DNA of 60,850 nucleotides, filler included, from Sphacelaria rigidula (taxonomy: Eukaryota), in NCBI GenBank assembly GCA_964200075.2. It is 5 parts of 5 records of this genome, joined end to end, with 100 filler letters (N's around TTAATTAATTAA, not from the genome) between each part and the next. Parts side by side here need not be neighbours in the genome. Positions count along the whole stretch, not along the records: positions 36,572 to 48,661 come from CAXNAA020004138.1; positions 48,762 to 60,850 come from CAXNAA020004139.1; 3 more parts are not named here. One strand, written 5' to 3'. The notes under the pieces were generated by a model. It worked only from the letters and a program-made list of their open reading frames with translations. It did no database searches and had not been told where the DNA came from. Of this stretch, positions 38,522 through 50,770 are shown one piece after another; positions within the stretch are counted from its first letter, which is position 1; every line of letters starts with the position of its first letter. The position numbers and the translations under genes were made by a program.

Positions 38522-39618
38522 GAAACTCTTGCGATACATTTGGGTTGAATTGTTGTAAAAGACGTCGCCAACATGATGAGCTCACTTGTTTCTGGCTGAT
38601 CGGAATACTGCACGTACTTTACTACGTCTAGACACCGCCTGTGTGGTCGATTTGCCCCCTCGTGAGGTGGCAATAATGATAACCACACAAAAGATTAAAG
38701 AATGGCCTTGGTATGCAGGTGGACATCGCTTGCTGTAGAGACTTCTGATCGATCACCCAAACACGCTGTAACGCATAATGTACAGTAACCTTGCATTTTG
38801 CCTGACAACTCTGCCGCTGGAGTTGACGAGCTTGTTTTTTCCCGGGACAATTATACCCCCTCCCTTTCTTGGGGGCGAGTCCGTTGTCTGAAGGGGTCTA
38901 CTCATTTTTCCCCGGTACACGCGTTGCATTTTGGTCTCGTGGATTGGATCAGCTCTCCCGCACCACGTCAACTCTCGTCAAACAAACTTGGACAAACTTT
39001 TTTTGTCTACTCACGCACTGAACAGTCGATCCTCAAAATTGAGGGTAGAGGTTTTAATTGAGGATGAGCAAGACCCTGAAGGTGGGCGGAAAATACACAC
39101 ATTCTTCTTCGAAAATACGTCGGTAGTCGTGGGTGGCGCCGCTACTATTTGGAAGCGACCGCGACCAAGCAAGGTACAGAGACAGACAGGGGAGTGGGCA
39201 ACGGTCTGGCATGCTTGTGTATCACCAAATACTGAACAATGATGAATGGTACTATACAAACACTCTTACGTATTTTTCATGTATCCACATAAAAAAGGAC
39301 ACACCCTACCCGACTTGCCCTTTGTTGGTGCTTTGCTCTTAACATGTGATCCTGGAAAATGGGAACGAGATTTTCTATGAGAACCAACCGAGGTCGATAT
39401 TGAATTTTAATATTGCATGTGGTGTGTGGTCCAACGTATATTTGAACATATTTTTCAACTGACACCGGATCAAACGTACCTTCGAGTAGCTCCAAGGATC
39501 CTTTACCCTCATATGGGGGGAAATATGTTTTTCGCATCGAAAAATCTCGTGCCCACTTTTTAGGTAAACAGTAAATGTGTACCCGGGCGCACCTTCGAAG
39601 TTCATGTACACAAGGCGG

Positions 39619-40105
39619 GTCGCCACGGTGGCTCAGTTGGTAACCTCGAAACCTTATGACGGTTAGGTCGTGGGTTCGAATCCTGGTGGAGTCGCAAGAT
39701 CTGGGAGTTTTTCCAAACCATTCTCAGCGGTGAAGAGCGACTATGTCGTGGGTACACAAAGTTCGACTCTACCGTCGACGAGGGAAAGGAGCCGCTGAAT
39801 TCTTCTCGTGATACGAAAAAGAGGCAAGCAGCGTCGAAGGAAAGTGAAGTACAAGAACATAAATAAAACAAAAATGCTTCAGAGATGGCCTTCTTCCTGT
39901 GTGAAGCTGATGCGCCCACGTATACCGAAAGGTGTAGACTGGCACCCAGAATAGATGGGATGACAACACGCCCTGGGATAATGGCATGAAGACGTGCGGC
40001 TGGTCGGTGCCGCATGACCACCCGGACCGCGGTCACCTGGTTCACATTTTCAATCGGGGCCAGCACAACCCACGCAGAGTACAGTACAGTCCGGTGCAGT
40101 ACAGT
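39619..40105 (+). mobile_element. tRNA-derived SINE (3' boundary uncertain)
   Basis: A box TGGCTCAGTTGG and B box GGTTCGAATCC without a complete cloverleaf; possible (TACAG)n tail near 40080-40105. Confidence 0.6.
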
Positions 40106-41212
40106 GACGTGATGTTGTCTCCTCTCTCACAACTCGTCGCGTGGCCGGCTTATTCTTTTCGTCTGCGTGACCTCTCCTCGCCAGCTCGAAAATGAAGAAA
40201 GTGCTTTGTGTTGATTACTTCATATAACGAAGCTCGAAAATCTATACTCGCCTGCGTCTCACCCACGTATAATATACCCCGGCAAGCTATGAAGAGGAAA
40301 AGCTTCCGCCTGGTGTATCCAGCCGCACCGAGAACCCGACGTAGAGAGCATGGCGTGTACCGGAATAGACAACACCATGGCGACTGTACTGTGCTCTTCT
40401 GTTGGTTAGTTGTGTTGAGTGTATCGGTACCGCCAAGTGCACCGTGCCGTCGGTGCAGCATCAGTCTGCTGTCTGGAAAAACATGAAAAAATGTGTCACC
40501 CCAGGGTGGGGGTCATGTGTTGCTTTGGTATAATATTTTCTTGAAAATTACAAGACCCAGATGACCCACCATCGTGGTGAAATGGTCCATCTTTAGAGCT
40601 GGCGGTAATAGGATGTCATAACAGAGGGTCCTCGAAAATGGGGTCGAACACTAAAACGAAGTTCAAGTGGCAGAAGTAAAATCCAGGCTTTCTGCGAAAC
40701 AGTTATGCCAAGGGTGAGTATTTTCGGGCTTGGGGGAATGCTGTCATAAGTGAGCAGATATGGCTACGTGCACCGAATGCATGCGGTGTACACGCGTGTC
40801 GATGGCGATACCACCGAATGAGCAACGGCGGAGAGGAAGCTCCTCGCCCGTGTCCTTTGTGTGTCCGGCGATTCCCAATCGCTGGAGAGATTGACATCAT
40901 GTTACCAGCACATACCGAATTTTCCATGTGCCGGGAGGTGGGGTACTGCTGCACAGTCCCCCGAATATCGGGAAGCCGACGGTTGTCGCCTCCTGTCTGT
41001 GGCGCTGACCAATGCAAAAATCGATTCCTTTCTGCCTCTATTTGAGGACAGGACGCGCCTCTGTGCGCTGCTGAACACGTCGTCGAAAAGCAGGGCGATG
41101 TTCCCGCCACCGCCACTGTTATCTCACACACACATGCGAGCAAGGACGGTGTTACGGCAATAAGATTTAGTCGCCACTTGGAGTGTGGTACTGTTCATGT
41201 ATATTTTACCAG

Positions 41213-41404
41213 ACCTCGGCACCTGTGTGTGCACAACAAGGACAAGAGTCTGCCACATCACAGTTTAGGGGATGCATGAGAGATCATACACTCGTGGAGA
41301 CCTTCTTCGCATACGGATTGAAAACCGATACCTCTGGCGGTGACCGAACTGTTGCTGGCGCGACCCATATGGGAGCTGCCATCCTGCAATCTGAGTTTTT
41401 CTGA
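41213..41404 (+). pseudogene. Possible degenerate ankyrin-repeat exon
   Basis: TTTTACCAG acceptor; FRGCMRDHTLVETFFAYGLKTD...GATHMGAA loosely fits the ankyrin consensus. Confidence 0.25.
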
Positions 41405-42089
41405 TTTGCAACCGGTCACGTGCTGAGCAGGGTGTGTGTGTGTGTCTGTGGCAAGGGCAAGCAAAATGCCATTGAGGACGTCCTGACCTGAGGCGAGATA
41501 TGGTCATGGTTTCACCAGGAGCAAGGGTGTTCTATGGTCAACCACTTGTCGTTGCATTGGTGGCCCTGACCATCAAGCGCTGACCACAAAGGTCTTGCCT
41601 AAGAATAGCTTTCAAGTAGCGTAGTCGGCAGTACGTCAAACAAGCCCGGGTATAGCTTTCGTTGCTCTACTGACTGCCTCTACAACAACAGTAGCACCGA
41701 ATTCTACCCGCCTTGTATAATTGAAGTGTTCCGATTATTTGATCTTCTTCCATAGAATCGAAGCTGCTCTCAAAAGGGAGGGGGGAGTGGTTTTTGACAG
41801 GGGGATGGGGACCTGTTCGCAGAACAGCCGAAAGGCTCACTTAGCCAATCATCAAGTATGTGTTTGGAAGTGTCCCGCTGAAAATTGAAAGTTCCGAGCC
41901 AGGAACGGGGCCCGAGAGGAGCGGAGTGATGATTTTGGTAGCAGCTGTGATTGGTCATTATGGTCAGTACGCCACGCCTCAGATCTCCCAGCACCCTCTC
42001 GAATCGTTTCCTCTTGTTAATGTAATGCGACACAGTCATTTTTCTCATCAGCAACCCACGTACGGGAGAGGATATCTTGTATGGATAAC

Positions 42090-42465
42090 GGATCATGACA
42101 AACCTTTGCCGGCTCCAACCAGTGCGCTACCAACTTGTTCAGGATCGCGTTCATGACGAACCGTTGCCGCGCTCCGCCCAGTGCACCACCGACTTGATCG
42201 AGGTCGCTTCCAAATGGCTGCGGTACCCTCGAAATCACCGGAACACTTTCGAAAACGAATATGTGAGCACTTTCTGCGCACCATTTCGGGTCTTGCTCAT
42301 CCTCAGTAAACAGCTCCATCTTCAATTTCGAGTATGGGCCGTTTTCTCACGCTTCCAACGGCGGAAATAACTTCGAAGCGAAATCCCACACGCACCTGGC
42401 AGGACTCGAACCCGCGTTCTCTCCATCCTACTTGTGTCAGTTCGACCATTAGACCGCCGGGGCGC
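42090..42465 (-). mobile_element. tRNA-derived SINE-like element
   Basis: Minus-strand A box CGGTCTAATGG (42446-42456) and B box GGTTCGAGTCC (42402-42412); body similar to 39030-39240(+). Confidence 0.6.
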
Positions 42466-42548
42466 GTCAGCACAGATGAATATCTTGCTGGTTCTACTAA
42501 CGAGATCATCCTCCCCGCTCTGTCCCGTTGCCACCACCGCGCAAAAAG

Positions 42549-42550
42549 AG

Positions 42551-42600
<50 letters not shown>

Positions 42601-42910
42601 AACGGTGTTTTCGTGATATTAGACTTCAGCGTTGATCGAGAGTGGGTTTTATTATTTGCTCTAACTTGGCATTGTTTTACACGTAGTGCGTGTGGTTTTC
42701 TTCGCCTGTATTGCTGTCGTGTGCTTACAGCTACAAGTTGATATCCTACTCCGGGCTTCAGTGACACGCTAGTACAGAAAGTGTATCGGGCCTCGTGTAG
42801 GGACATTCCAAAACTGAAACATTTCATTCATGAATTGGTCGCTTCTCACCCTCAATCGTACCCTGGACACTCGATCTCACGAAAACATGTTGTTGTTGTT
42901 GTTGTTGTTG
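42549..42910. repeat. (GTT)n microsatellite split by a MITE family B copy (42606-42887)
   Basis: GTT runs on both sides of TGTTTTCGTGA...TCACGAAAACA. Confidence 0.8.
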
Positions 42911-42939
42911 TCGCCTTCTTTTTCTGCTGCTGCTCTTAG

Positions 42940-43097
42940 AGTACGCCGTACACACAGAGGGAGCGCTTTCGTCCGAGCCGCCGAAGAAGACGCTCGACAT
43001 CGCGTACTGGCTCATAGGGCTTGGCCAAGCAAGTGCCGAAGTCCTCTTCGACGAATCATTATTCGGCTTCGGCGGCAAGATGTTGAGCCTATTCGCG
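42940..43097 (+). CDS. Orphan internal coding exon, unknown protein
   Basis: Pyrimidine-rich ...CTCTTAG acceptor and GTAAAT donor; open frame YAVHTEGALSSEPPKKTLDIAYWLIGLGQASAEVLFDESLFGFGGKMLSLFA. Confidence 0.45.
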
Positions 43098-43780
43098 GTA
43101 AATAACAGCATGATGCCGTGGCATATATAAAAAAGACCACCTATTTTCTTCCCTCTCTTTTTTTAGTACTCTCTGTAGTGGCGTGTGTCTCCCCCCCTGT
43201 AGAACTCGTGGACGACATTTCATGCCCCAACGGTGTGTTCCCCAAATAGCTTTCACAACATTTGTTTCTCGCACGGTCTTTGAACCTAATGCTACGCTGC
43301 AAGGGCTGGCCATTGTTGTACGCTGTCTATAGTTTCCCTTTTTCTTGTGTGTCTGTCACAGTTTCATTTTCTCCATCGGCACCGGTTATTCATTCGGGTT
43401 CTTGTCCTCCTTTCCGTTCTTTTTCCTCCTCATTATATTTTTACTCTTTTTTCTTGCTTCGTTGTTCTCGTTGTCATTCCGTTTACTCTGTTCGTTCGGT
43501 CCTTTTTCTTTTATTATCCTCCTTGGCTCGAGTTTCCTTCAGCGAGCGTTCCCGCTTATCTCAATGACCACTGCTCGACCTCTAGGAGCCCAGCGAATGT
43601 GCGACAACCAAGGAATCGATCACACGTTTAAAAAAATTGTAAACCTGTCAACATCCTTCGGCTAAATATGTCTTGTTGATAAAATAAAATTTACACTTCA
43701 TGCTCACAAATTGTCGCCATCTTTAAGCGAACGTCTTCGGGATAAATACATGGAACAGAGCAACCCATAAGAAATAGTAC

Positions 43781-43902
43781 CTTTTGGGTTTTGTAGATTT
43801 TCGTTGCTCGCCGTAGTTGATCACCTGTTGACCGTGATCATCCAATAGCGTCTTCATTTGCTGCGATACTTTCACCACCTCCGCCACAAGGTCAGCCTGT
43901 AT
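43781..43902 (-). CDS. Orphan candidate exon, unknown protein
   Basis: CCTTTGACACAG acceptor and GTACTA donor; IQADLVAEVVKVSQQMKTLLDDHGQQVINYGEQRKSTKPK. Confidence 0.3.
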
Positions 43903-44844
43903 CTGTGTCAAAGGATCAACCTATGTCTCCTTCATGTGGAGATGAATCTAACATAAGCGCTACAGGCTGGTCCAGGGTGAATATCCGAAAGTTATTACCC
44001 ACGAGATACAGAACGCAAAACTGGCCCAATAGAAACATATTTGGTATATCATAGTGACCCCCACGGGCAAGAGAGCAGTTAGACACGGCCAGATTTTTTC
44101 TTGCGTACCTTGCCATGGCGTTGGTGGTGAAAATGCTGGTCGGCTAATCACAGGCCTTCAAATTGTTCTGAAACTAAAAGTGCGAACTCCCGACTCAATT
44201 TGTACCTAGTCACATCACGAATCAAACCTTGATAACAGTCATTAGCTGGGGAACCTAAGGCAAGATACAGATTTGAGGACGGTTTATTTGGGATCGAGCC
44301 ATACCCCAAAACATGGTATTTCGGTGACGTGGTGTCTTGCCATCGTCGGATTTCCACTGATAGTATGCATCGGAAACCCAGAAACTCTTGACGTTTTCCC
44401 TTGTAACTTTCGTAGGAAAGCTCCGATCATCCCCAAACTTGGCAGTTTGGTAAATACGGACGTTACGAATGAGAAACAAGAATCAGTAGAGAATATTTTT
44501 AAGTTTATCCGCTTTCTGCCGGCTGCCGGGGGTCCCAGCGTGAAGAACTCTAGCAATCGGTACAGATTGCTTACAAAAAAAGAGAGATCGAATTTGACTC
44601 GTCCCGAAGTACACTAGTCCAGGGAACGTCTGCACGAATTTTCGTTTTGTAATTCGAAAAGCTGATCCCAAACGATCGATTTAAACTCAAGAGCAAGAAG
44701 AAAACGTCGGTAGCGTACTACCATCAAGTAATTTGGGGGATCCCGCGTACATTTAACAGCCGATCATCTAAATTGAGGATGGAGCTTTTCATTCAGAATG
44801 AGAACCTGAAGGGTTAAAATCTTCCACAGGCACCGTTTATAAAG

Positions 44845-45240
44845 TAGGTACCCGGTACCGGTATTTGGGATATCTCATACCCTACCGATCGATACCGGTC
44901 CGATCAGGTATTTTCAAATATCGTACCTACGATACCCGCGATACGACGGTATTTCGAGATGTCAATACCTACCGTGCCCGCTCATCGGGTATTTTCAAAA
45001 ATCGTACCTACGATATCCACGATACCACGGTATTTCAAGATTTCAATACCTACCGTGCCCGCCCAAATGGGTATTTTCGAATGTCGTACCTATGATACCA
45101 CGGTATTTCGAGATTTCAATACCTACCGTGCCCGCCCAAATGGGTATTCTCAAAACTCATACCTACTATACCCACACATACCACGGTGTGAGGTACCCCG
45201 GTAAATACCGGGGGTATGCCCGGTATTTACCGGGCGCGAT
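44845..45240. repeat. Tandem array of ~81-bp units (two ~40-bp halves, TACCTAC core); related segment at ~46510-46960
   Basis: GTACCTA recurs at 44923, 45004 and 45086. Confidence 0.75.
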
Positions 45241-46633
45241 GCACTCCTCACGGTGCAGCAGCTGGTCCCAACTTACGCGAAGGCCAGAAGTTGTCAGAGC
45301 AGGTACGTCTTGTTTTCACAAGTATTACACATACCCAGATCCCCCCTTAGGTTCGTGTCTGGATCAGTTCGAGTGAACTTATCATCATGTAGCCTGAGTG
45401 CGGTAGAAAAGGCTTTTCTCAATCTGATAGGTCCACCGCATTTCTGTTCCTAGCTCAAACTCGTAACTAGTGGCGCGCGGAGAAGAAGTAAAAAACAATG
45501 AAGCGAGCGCTTTTCGATCGAAATCGTGCGGTCGAAAGGCACGACGTGGCACTTGACTCCTATCTTACAGACCATCATGCCAGGAAACACCCGTTCACAC
45601 AACCATGCAAACCCCATCCAACTCATTTTCAGCTTCCATCGCAACCCTGCAGCATCGAGTAAGAGTTGAGCACAACAATAGATACACAGCATTATTTGGG
45701 TAGCCTTTGTTTATTTTTTGTCGGCGAAAACTTGCGCATGTTTTTTCCTGGTAGGATCAGCGACGGAACTGCGTGGTGTGATGGGCAACAGAGTTGCGTA
45801 CACGCTCATCGACAGTGTGGGTAGTACAAGCTGCACGTTGTTGAAGTCCTTTTTACGTCGCATTGTAAGCAGAGAGAACTGATAGTCCTGAGCTGTCTGC
45901 ACTGCACGTTGCCCACCTCTCTTTGAAATCTTACTGTACGAAACACGCACATACACACTCAAGACACTGCGTGCAAGCAGCGAAGACCGGTTGGACTGTA
46001 CTGTACACGAGTGACCATGTACTGTTTCATGACTTTCGCTGTCTTTTTTCGATCGAAAACTTGAAAATTCGCGTAGAACCAATCCGAAAAAAATGAGCAA
46101 ATTTCGCTCAAAACAATGTTTTCGTGAGATTGAGAGTAGAGGATACGATTGAGAGTGGAAGGCGGTCAATTCGTGAATGAATCGTTTCATTTCCGAAAGG
46201 CCCCTCCACGAGGCCCGATATGCTTCCTGTAATGGCTTACCACTGAGGCCCTTGATATTCCCGAGTAGGATATCGACGTAAAGCTGTAAGCACACGCTAG
46301 TTATGGAGGCAAAAACAAGCACACGGAATGAAAAGTTGGCCAAGTTAAAGCGAATGATCGAAGCCACTCTCAACCGGCGCTCTTCTCCCAATCTCACGAA
46401 AACGTTGTTTCAAATCAATTCCACCGCCCCATTTTTTCGACAAAAGAAAAGGTACTAAATCACGCCGTGAAACGCTTCTCCGCACCGCCGGATGACAGTT
46501 TTGGAGTCGGTGTAGAGGGTAAGACATGTCCCCGGTACCGATATTTGGGAGATCTCATACCCTACCAATACCGACCCAATCGGGTATTTTCAAATGGCAT
46601 ACCTACGATACCTACGATACCACGGTATTTTCG

Positions 46634-46788
46634 TTCTGGGGATTTCTAGGCTTTCGTTCTCCCAAAGCGTATGTGCGAAAGCACACTTTTGCGTTGATTT
46701 CGGGGTGAGAAAAGGGACGCTTTTGGGCCCAAAAATCGAGCTTCCGCACATACGCTTTGGGGGAACGAAAGTCTAGAAATCCCCAGAA
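46634..46788. mobile_element. ~155-bp hairpin MITE
   Basis: TTCTGGGGATTTCTAGGCTTTCGTTC and GAACGAAAGTCTAGAAATCCCCAGAA. Confidence 0.8.
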
Positions 46789-48410
46789 ATAGTTTTAGGG
46801 AGGTCGGGAGGGATGAGGTCGTCCGTATGAAAGCCATTTGTCATGAATTTAGGTCAGGGAAAGCACGGCTTTTGAGTTGAATCTCCTTTTTTTTTCAAGC
46901 CCATCTTTGAGAATCCACTGTTGGTAGATACCGGGGGTACGCTCGGTACGGTACCTTACCTACTGTTCCCGTGAAATCTTCTTATCCACATCAAACCTAC
47001 GAAATATCATTCCATTCCTTCACCTACTGGTAGCTATTGACCACTACTACATGTCCTACAAAATTGGATTTCGAAACGTTGGAGTCCTAGTTGAAGAAAC
47101 AATTCGGGGAAGTTAGGTGATCCGATCGGATCGCCGAAATTCCCCAAGATTGTTTCTTCATCTAGGACCCCAACATTTCGGTATCGAGATCCAAATTTGT
47201 ATGACATGTGGTACTTGTCAATAGCTACCAGTAGGTGGAGGAATGGAAACATATATCGAAGATTTGGTGTGGAGGTGAAGACTTGAATCCTCCGGGTTCT
47301 CATCCCAATGAAATGCTCCATCCTTAATCTCGATGACCGGCTGTTATTTGTATACTGCAGCACACATACGGGCGAGTTTTCACGCCGTTTTTCGAGTTAT
47401 ACCCTGAAATGTTGCACACGGATGCTCTGAGATATTTACAAAAGTTACTTGACATCGACTCCTGGGACGTCGAATATCTGGCGAAGAAAACATAAATAGA
47501 AAGACCCTGTCCATGCAGCCTTTCTAAATATCTCAGAGGACCCGCGAGCAAAGTTTTAGGGTGTAACTCGAAAAAACCGCGTGAGCTATCGCTGGGGAGT
47601 GAATTCCGGTCGTTCACCCTGAACCAGCCTGTACCAGTGCCTTGATTGTGACACCGATTCGCCTAATTGTGCGCAGAAAATCGCGATGATGTCGTCCAAG
47701 GCCATCGCGAGAAAAAGCGCATCAATATCTCACGTGATGAGTATATATATGTATATATGTCGATGCACAATCTTTCTCGTTTGTGCTAATTTGGGGTTTG
47801 CGCGTCTACGATGCTCTTCTTGTTGTTCATGCAAAAACCAAGCAGAAGCTGGTGGAGCTGGTTCGCTACTTCACGAGCAAGGAACACGATGAGAACACGA
47901 ACCTAGCCTGGCAGGCCTTTAGAGAGGCACACCATGAGACTATGGTGGAAATAACTAAAGTGGTGAGTAGGGACAGGGCCAACATGCGAACGAGTGATGG
48001 TATTGATAAGTAGGTTCTTGCAGTTCAACATAACCTAGATGAAACCCGGTGTTCTGAATTTAAATGGTACAGCAGACACCTCTAGGTCGGGGCAAACGTG
48101 AGTTCGATTTCCGCCAAGCGCGTCAAGTCTGGACGTGGAAAGTGTGAGGAAGTGAGAGGAAAAATGAGTTGGAATGAAATTGTTCAACGAGAGTCGATGC
48201 GATGCGGGAGTGCTGATTAACAGTGCTACGGTAGGAGTTGCACATTTTGTTTCTGGGTCTCTTTTTTTGTAGGAACCCAAATATATAGGGCTTAGGCCGG
48301 ATGTTATGGCACACAGATTTTCGGCCCACGGATTGTTCTCTTTTGGGACGTTTGACCCACCTTTTGACCCCCAAACAGGGAAAATCGCCAACACACGTCT
48401 CGGACACTTT

Positions 48411-48661
48411 GCATTACCCCCACAGAGCGGAGCCTAGTCTGCGTTTCAGGTTCGTTTGGCTCCGAGGTTTCGAGATTGTCCGCTGAGCAATAATTTGCGT
48501 GCCAAAATCTGTGCTTGCCGACCCCCGCCAATTTGGGCAAACTGGCGGGAGTCGGCAAGCACAGATTTTTGTACGCGAATTTTTGTTCAGCGGCCAATCT
48601 CGAAACCTCGGAGCCAAGCGAATCTGAGAAGCAGGCTAGATTCCTCTCTGTGGGGTAATGC
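48411..48661. mobile_element. ~250-bp palindromic MITE at contig end
   Basis: GCATTACCCC...GGGGTAATGC with long internal complementarity. Confidence 0.8.
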
Positions 48662-48761
48662 NNNNNNNNNNNNNNNNNNNNNNNNNNNNNNNNNNNNNNN
48701 NNNNNTTAATTAATTAANNNNNNNNNNNNNNNNNNNNNNNNNNNNNNNNNNNNNNNNNNNN
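48662..48761. other. Artificial contig linker
   Basis: N44-TTAATTAATTAA-N44. Confidence 0.98.
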
Positions 48762-49020
48762 GAAGCACTGTTTTAGGCTTGAGCCTCATCTCGAAGTTAA
48801 ACCTCAATTCGCACAATTTGTTGTATTTAACGCTGCAGTACCAGCAACCTGCTGGCGTCACAGCGCGGATACGAAGATTTTATTTCTCCGGGTTCTCATC
48901 CCCAATGAATAATCCATCCCCAATTTGTAAAATCCCGAGTTTTCATTTAGTCGTGAATGGGTGGCGGTCAGTCGATAAAATGTATGTGACCATTGGGCCA
49001 GTTTTGCGAAAGGTATTCAA

Positions 49021-49454
49021 CACGGGATCTTACAAATTGGGGATGGATTTTTCTTTGGGGATGAAAATTCCGTAGAATTAAAATCTTCGTATCCACACCA
49101 AATCTTCGAAATATGGCTCCATTTCTTCACCTACTAGTAGCTACTCACAACCGCCACACGCCATAGAAGTTTGGATCTAGATCATCAAAATGTTGGGATC
49201 CTAGGTAAAAAAAACTTCAGAAGCATGTTGGCGTCCGTTCGGACACCCGAACCCCAAAATTGGTTCTTCCCCTGGGGCCCTGACAGTGCGGTGATCGAGA
49301 TCCAATTTTGTATGGCATGTAGCAGTTGTCAGTAGCTATCAGTAAGTGAAAAAATGGAGCCACATCTCGAAGATTTGGTGTGGATACGAAGATTTTAATC
49401 ATCCGGGTTTCTCATCCCCAATAAAAGATCCATCAGGATTTGTAAGACCCCGTG
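49021..49454. mobile_element. Palindromic MITE family C copy
   Basis: CACGGGATCTTACAAAT...TTTGTAAGACCCCGTG. Confidence 0.85.
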
Positions 49455-50476
49455 TTGTTTGCTGATGAGTGATTTTTGGGTCAAAACCGTGAACCAGCCT
49501 AACAGGATTTTCACCAGATTGAGAGCCCATCATTCTAGTGAGAGTGAAAAACTCAAAAGTGGGGAATGTTTATCCATCCATCAACTAACTGGTGTTTCTT
49601 GGGACATACTTCGACGAGCCAATCGAGAAGTGGCTCGAATGAAAGCTCTTAGCCGTAGGATGAACCCATTTGATACATTGCATTGGGCTCGTCATTCTGC
49701 AGGAATCTAGAACTCCAGCTTTCAAAAAATGGTGGATCAATCCCAAAAAAAGTTTCACTTGCAAAATGCCCCTCCAGACCTTTTACGAGACCGTACGCTT
49801 TCTGTGTGTGGTATACCTTGCCACTGAAGCCTCTGGCACCTCAGAGCAGGATATCGACGTGTAGCTGTAAGCACGACCTTGTTAGAGGGGAGACAGACCA
49901 ACACGAAATGAAAAATTCGTCACGTTGAACCCAGTCATGAACCTTCCTCAAACGCTAGGCTCTCAAATCTGGCGAAAACCGTGTTGCCGGTAGTTAGATT
50001 ACGCTTGAAAGGTATGGACGTTTAGCAGGAGTCGTGCAACAGGAAAATGAGTTATGCAACAGGAAAATGATCACTTTAGGGCAACCCGGGGTGCGGCCGC
50101 CGTGCTATTTTCTAGGAATTGCGTGATACGTAATAAGTACAGTGCTGCGTCGTGCCAGTACCGCGCAATATGCTCTAGTTGTTGTAGCAGCTGCGTCTCT
50201 TGTAGTCGGCGCCAAGTTCCACAGTAGCGGTGCCCGTTCCCCCCCCCCTCCCCCGTATGTCCTCCAATCCTTGGTGTGCAGTACGATCAAAACTTTCGTT
50301 CGAAAACATTGTTCTTGCGATCTCTTATCCTTGTTATTGCTCTCAAGGCGGAGATTTTTTTCAAGAGAGAAATGGAAATCATGCGTTCCCCTTACAATGA
50401 ATCAAGCAGTCCAGCTAGCACACAGTTGGGACGTGGGAACTAAAAAACGAACTGCCGCAAAGTGCTGTAGACGAAG

Positions 50477-50770
50477 TCAGATACCCTACCGATAAAAAAA
50501 AAGTAATGTCAGTTTCAAATTCAGTCGGTACATTTCAATCAAAGCGCCTGCAACTTTTTCCCTCAACAAGCGAGCACAAAGACAAGAAAGTGCAGAAATG
50601 CACGCACAAAAAACACACATGGATCAGATGCCCTACCGATGAAAAAAAAAAGGGGCATTGTCAGTTGCAAATTCAGTCGGTACATTTCAATCAAAGCACC
50701 TGAACTTTTTCTTTCAACAAGCAAGCGTAAAGACAACGAAGCGCAGAAATGCACGCACATTAAACACACA
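50477..50770. repeat. Tandem duplication, ~147-bp unit x2
   Basis: TCAGAT(A/G)CCCTACCGAT...GCAGAAATGCACGCACA repeated. Confidence 0.85.

Larger units (their letters stand above)
43963..47631. mobile_element. Tc1/mariner-type non-autonomous element (family D) expanded by nested insertions
   Basis: TIRs CAGGCTGGTCCAGGGTGAA and TTCACCCTGAACCAGCCTG with TA on both sides; 43963-44745 plus 47330-47631 match 57558-58791 in reverse orientation. Confidence 0.85.

Noticed and set aside
39619..39695. Functional tRNA gene
   Set aside because: A/B boxes are present but there is no proper acceptor/anticodon cloverleaf; better explained as a SINE head.
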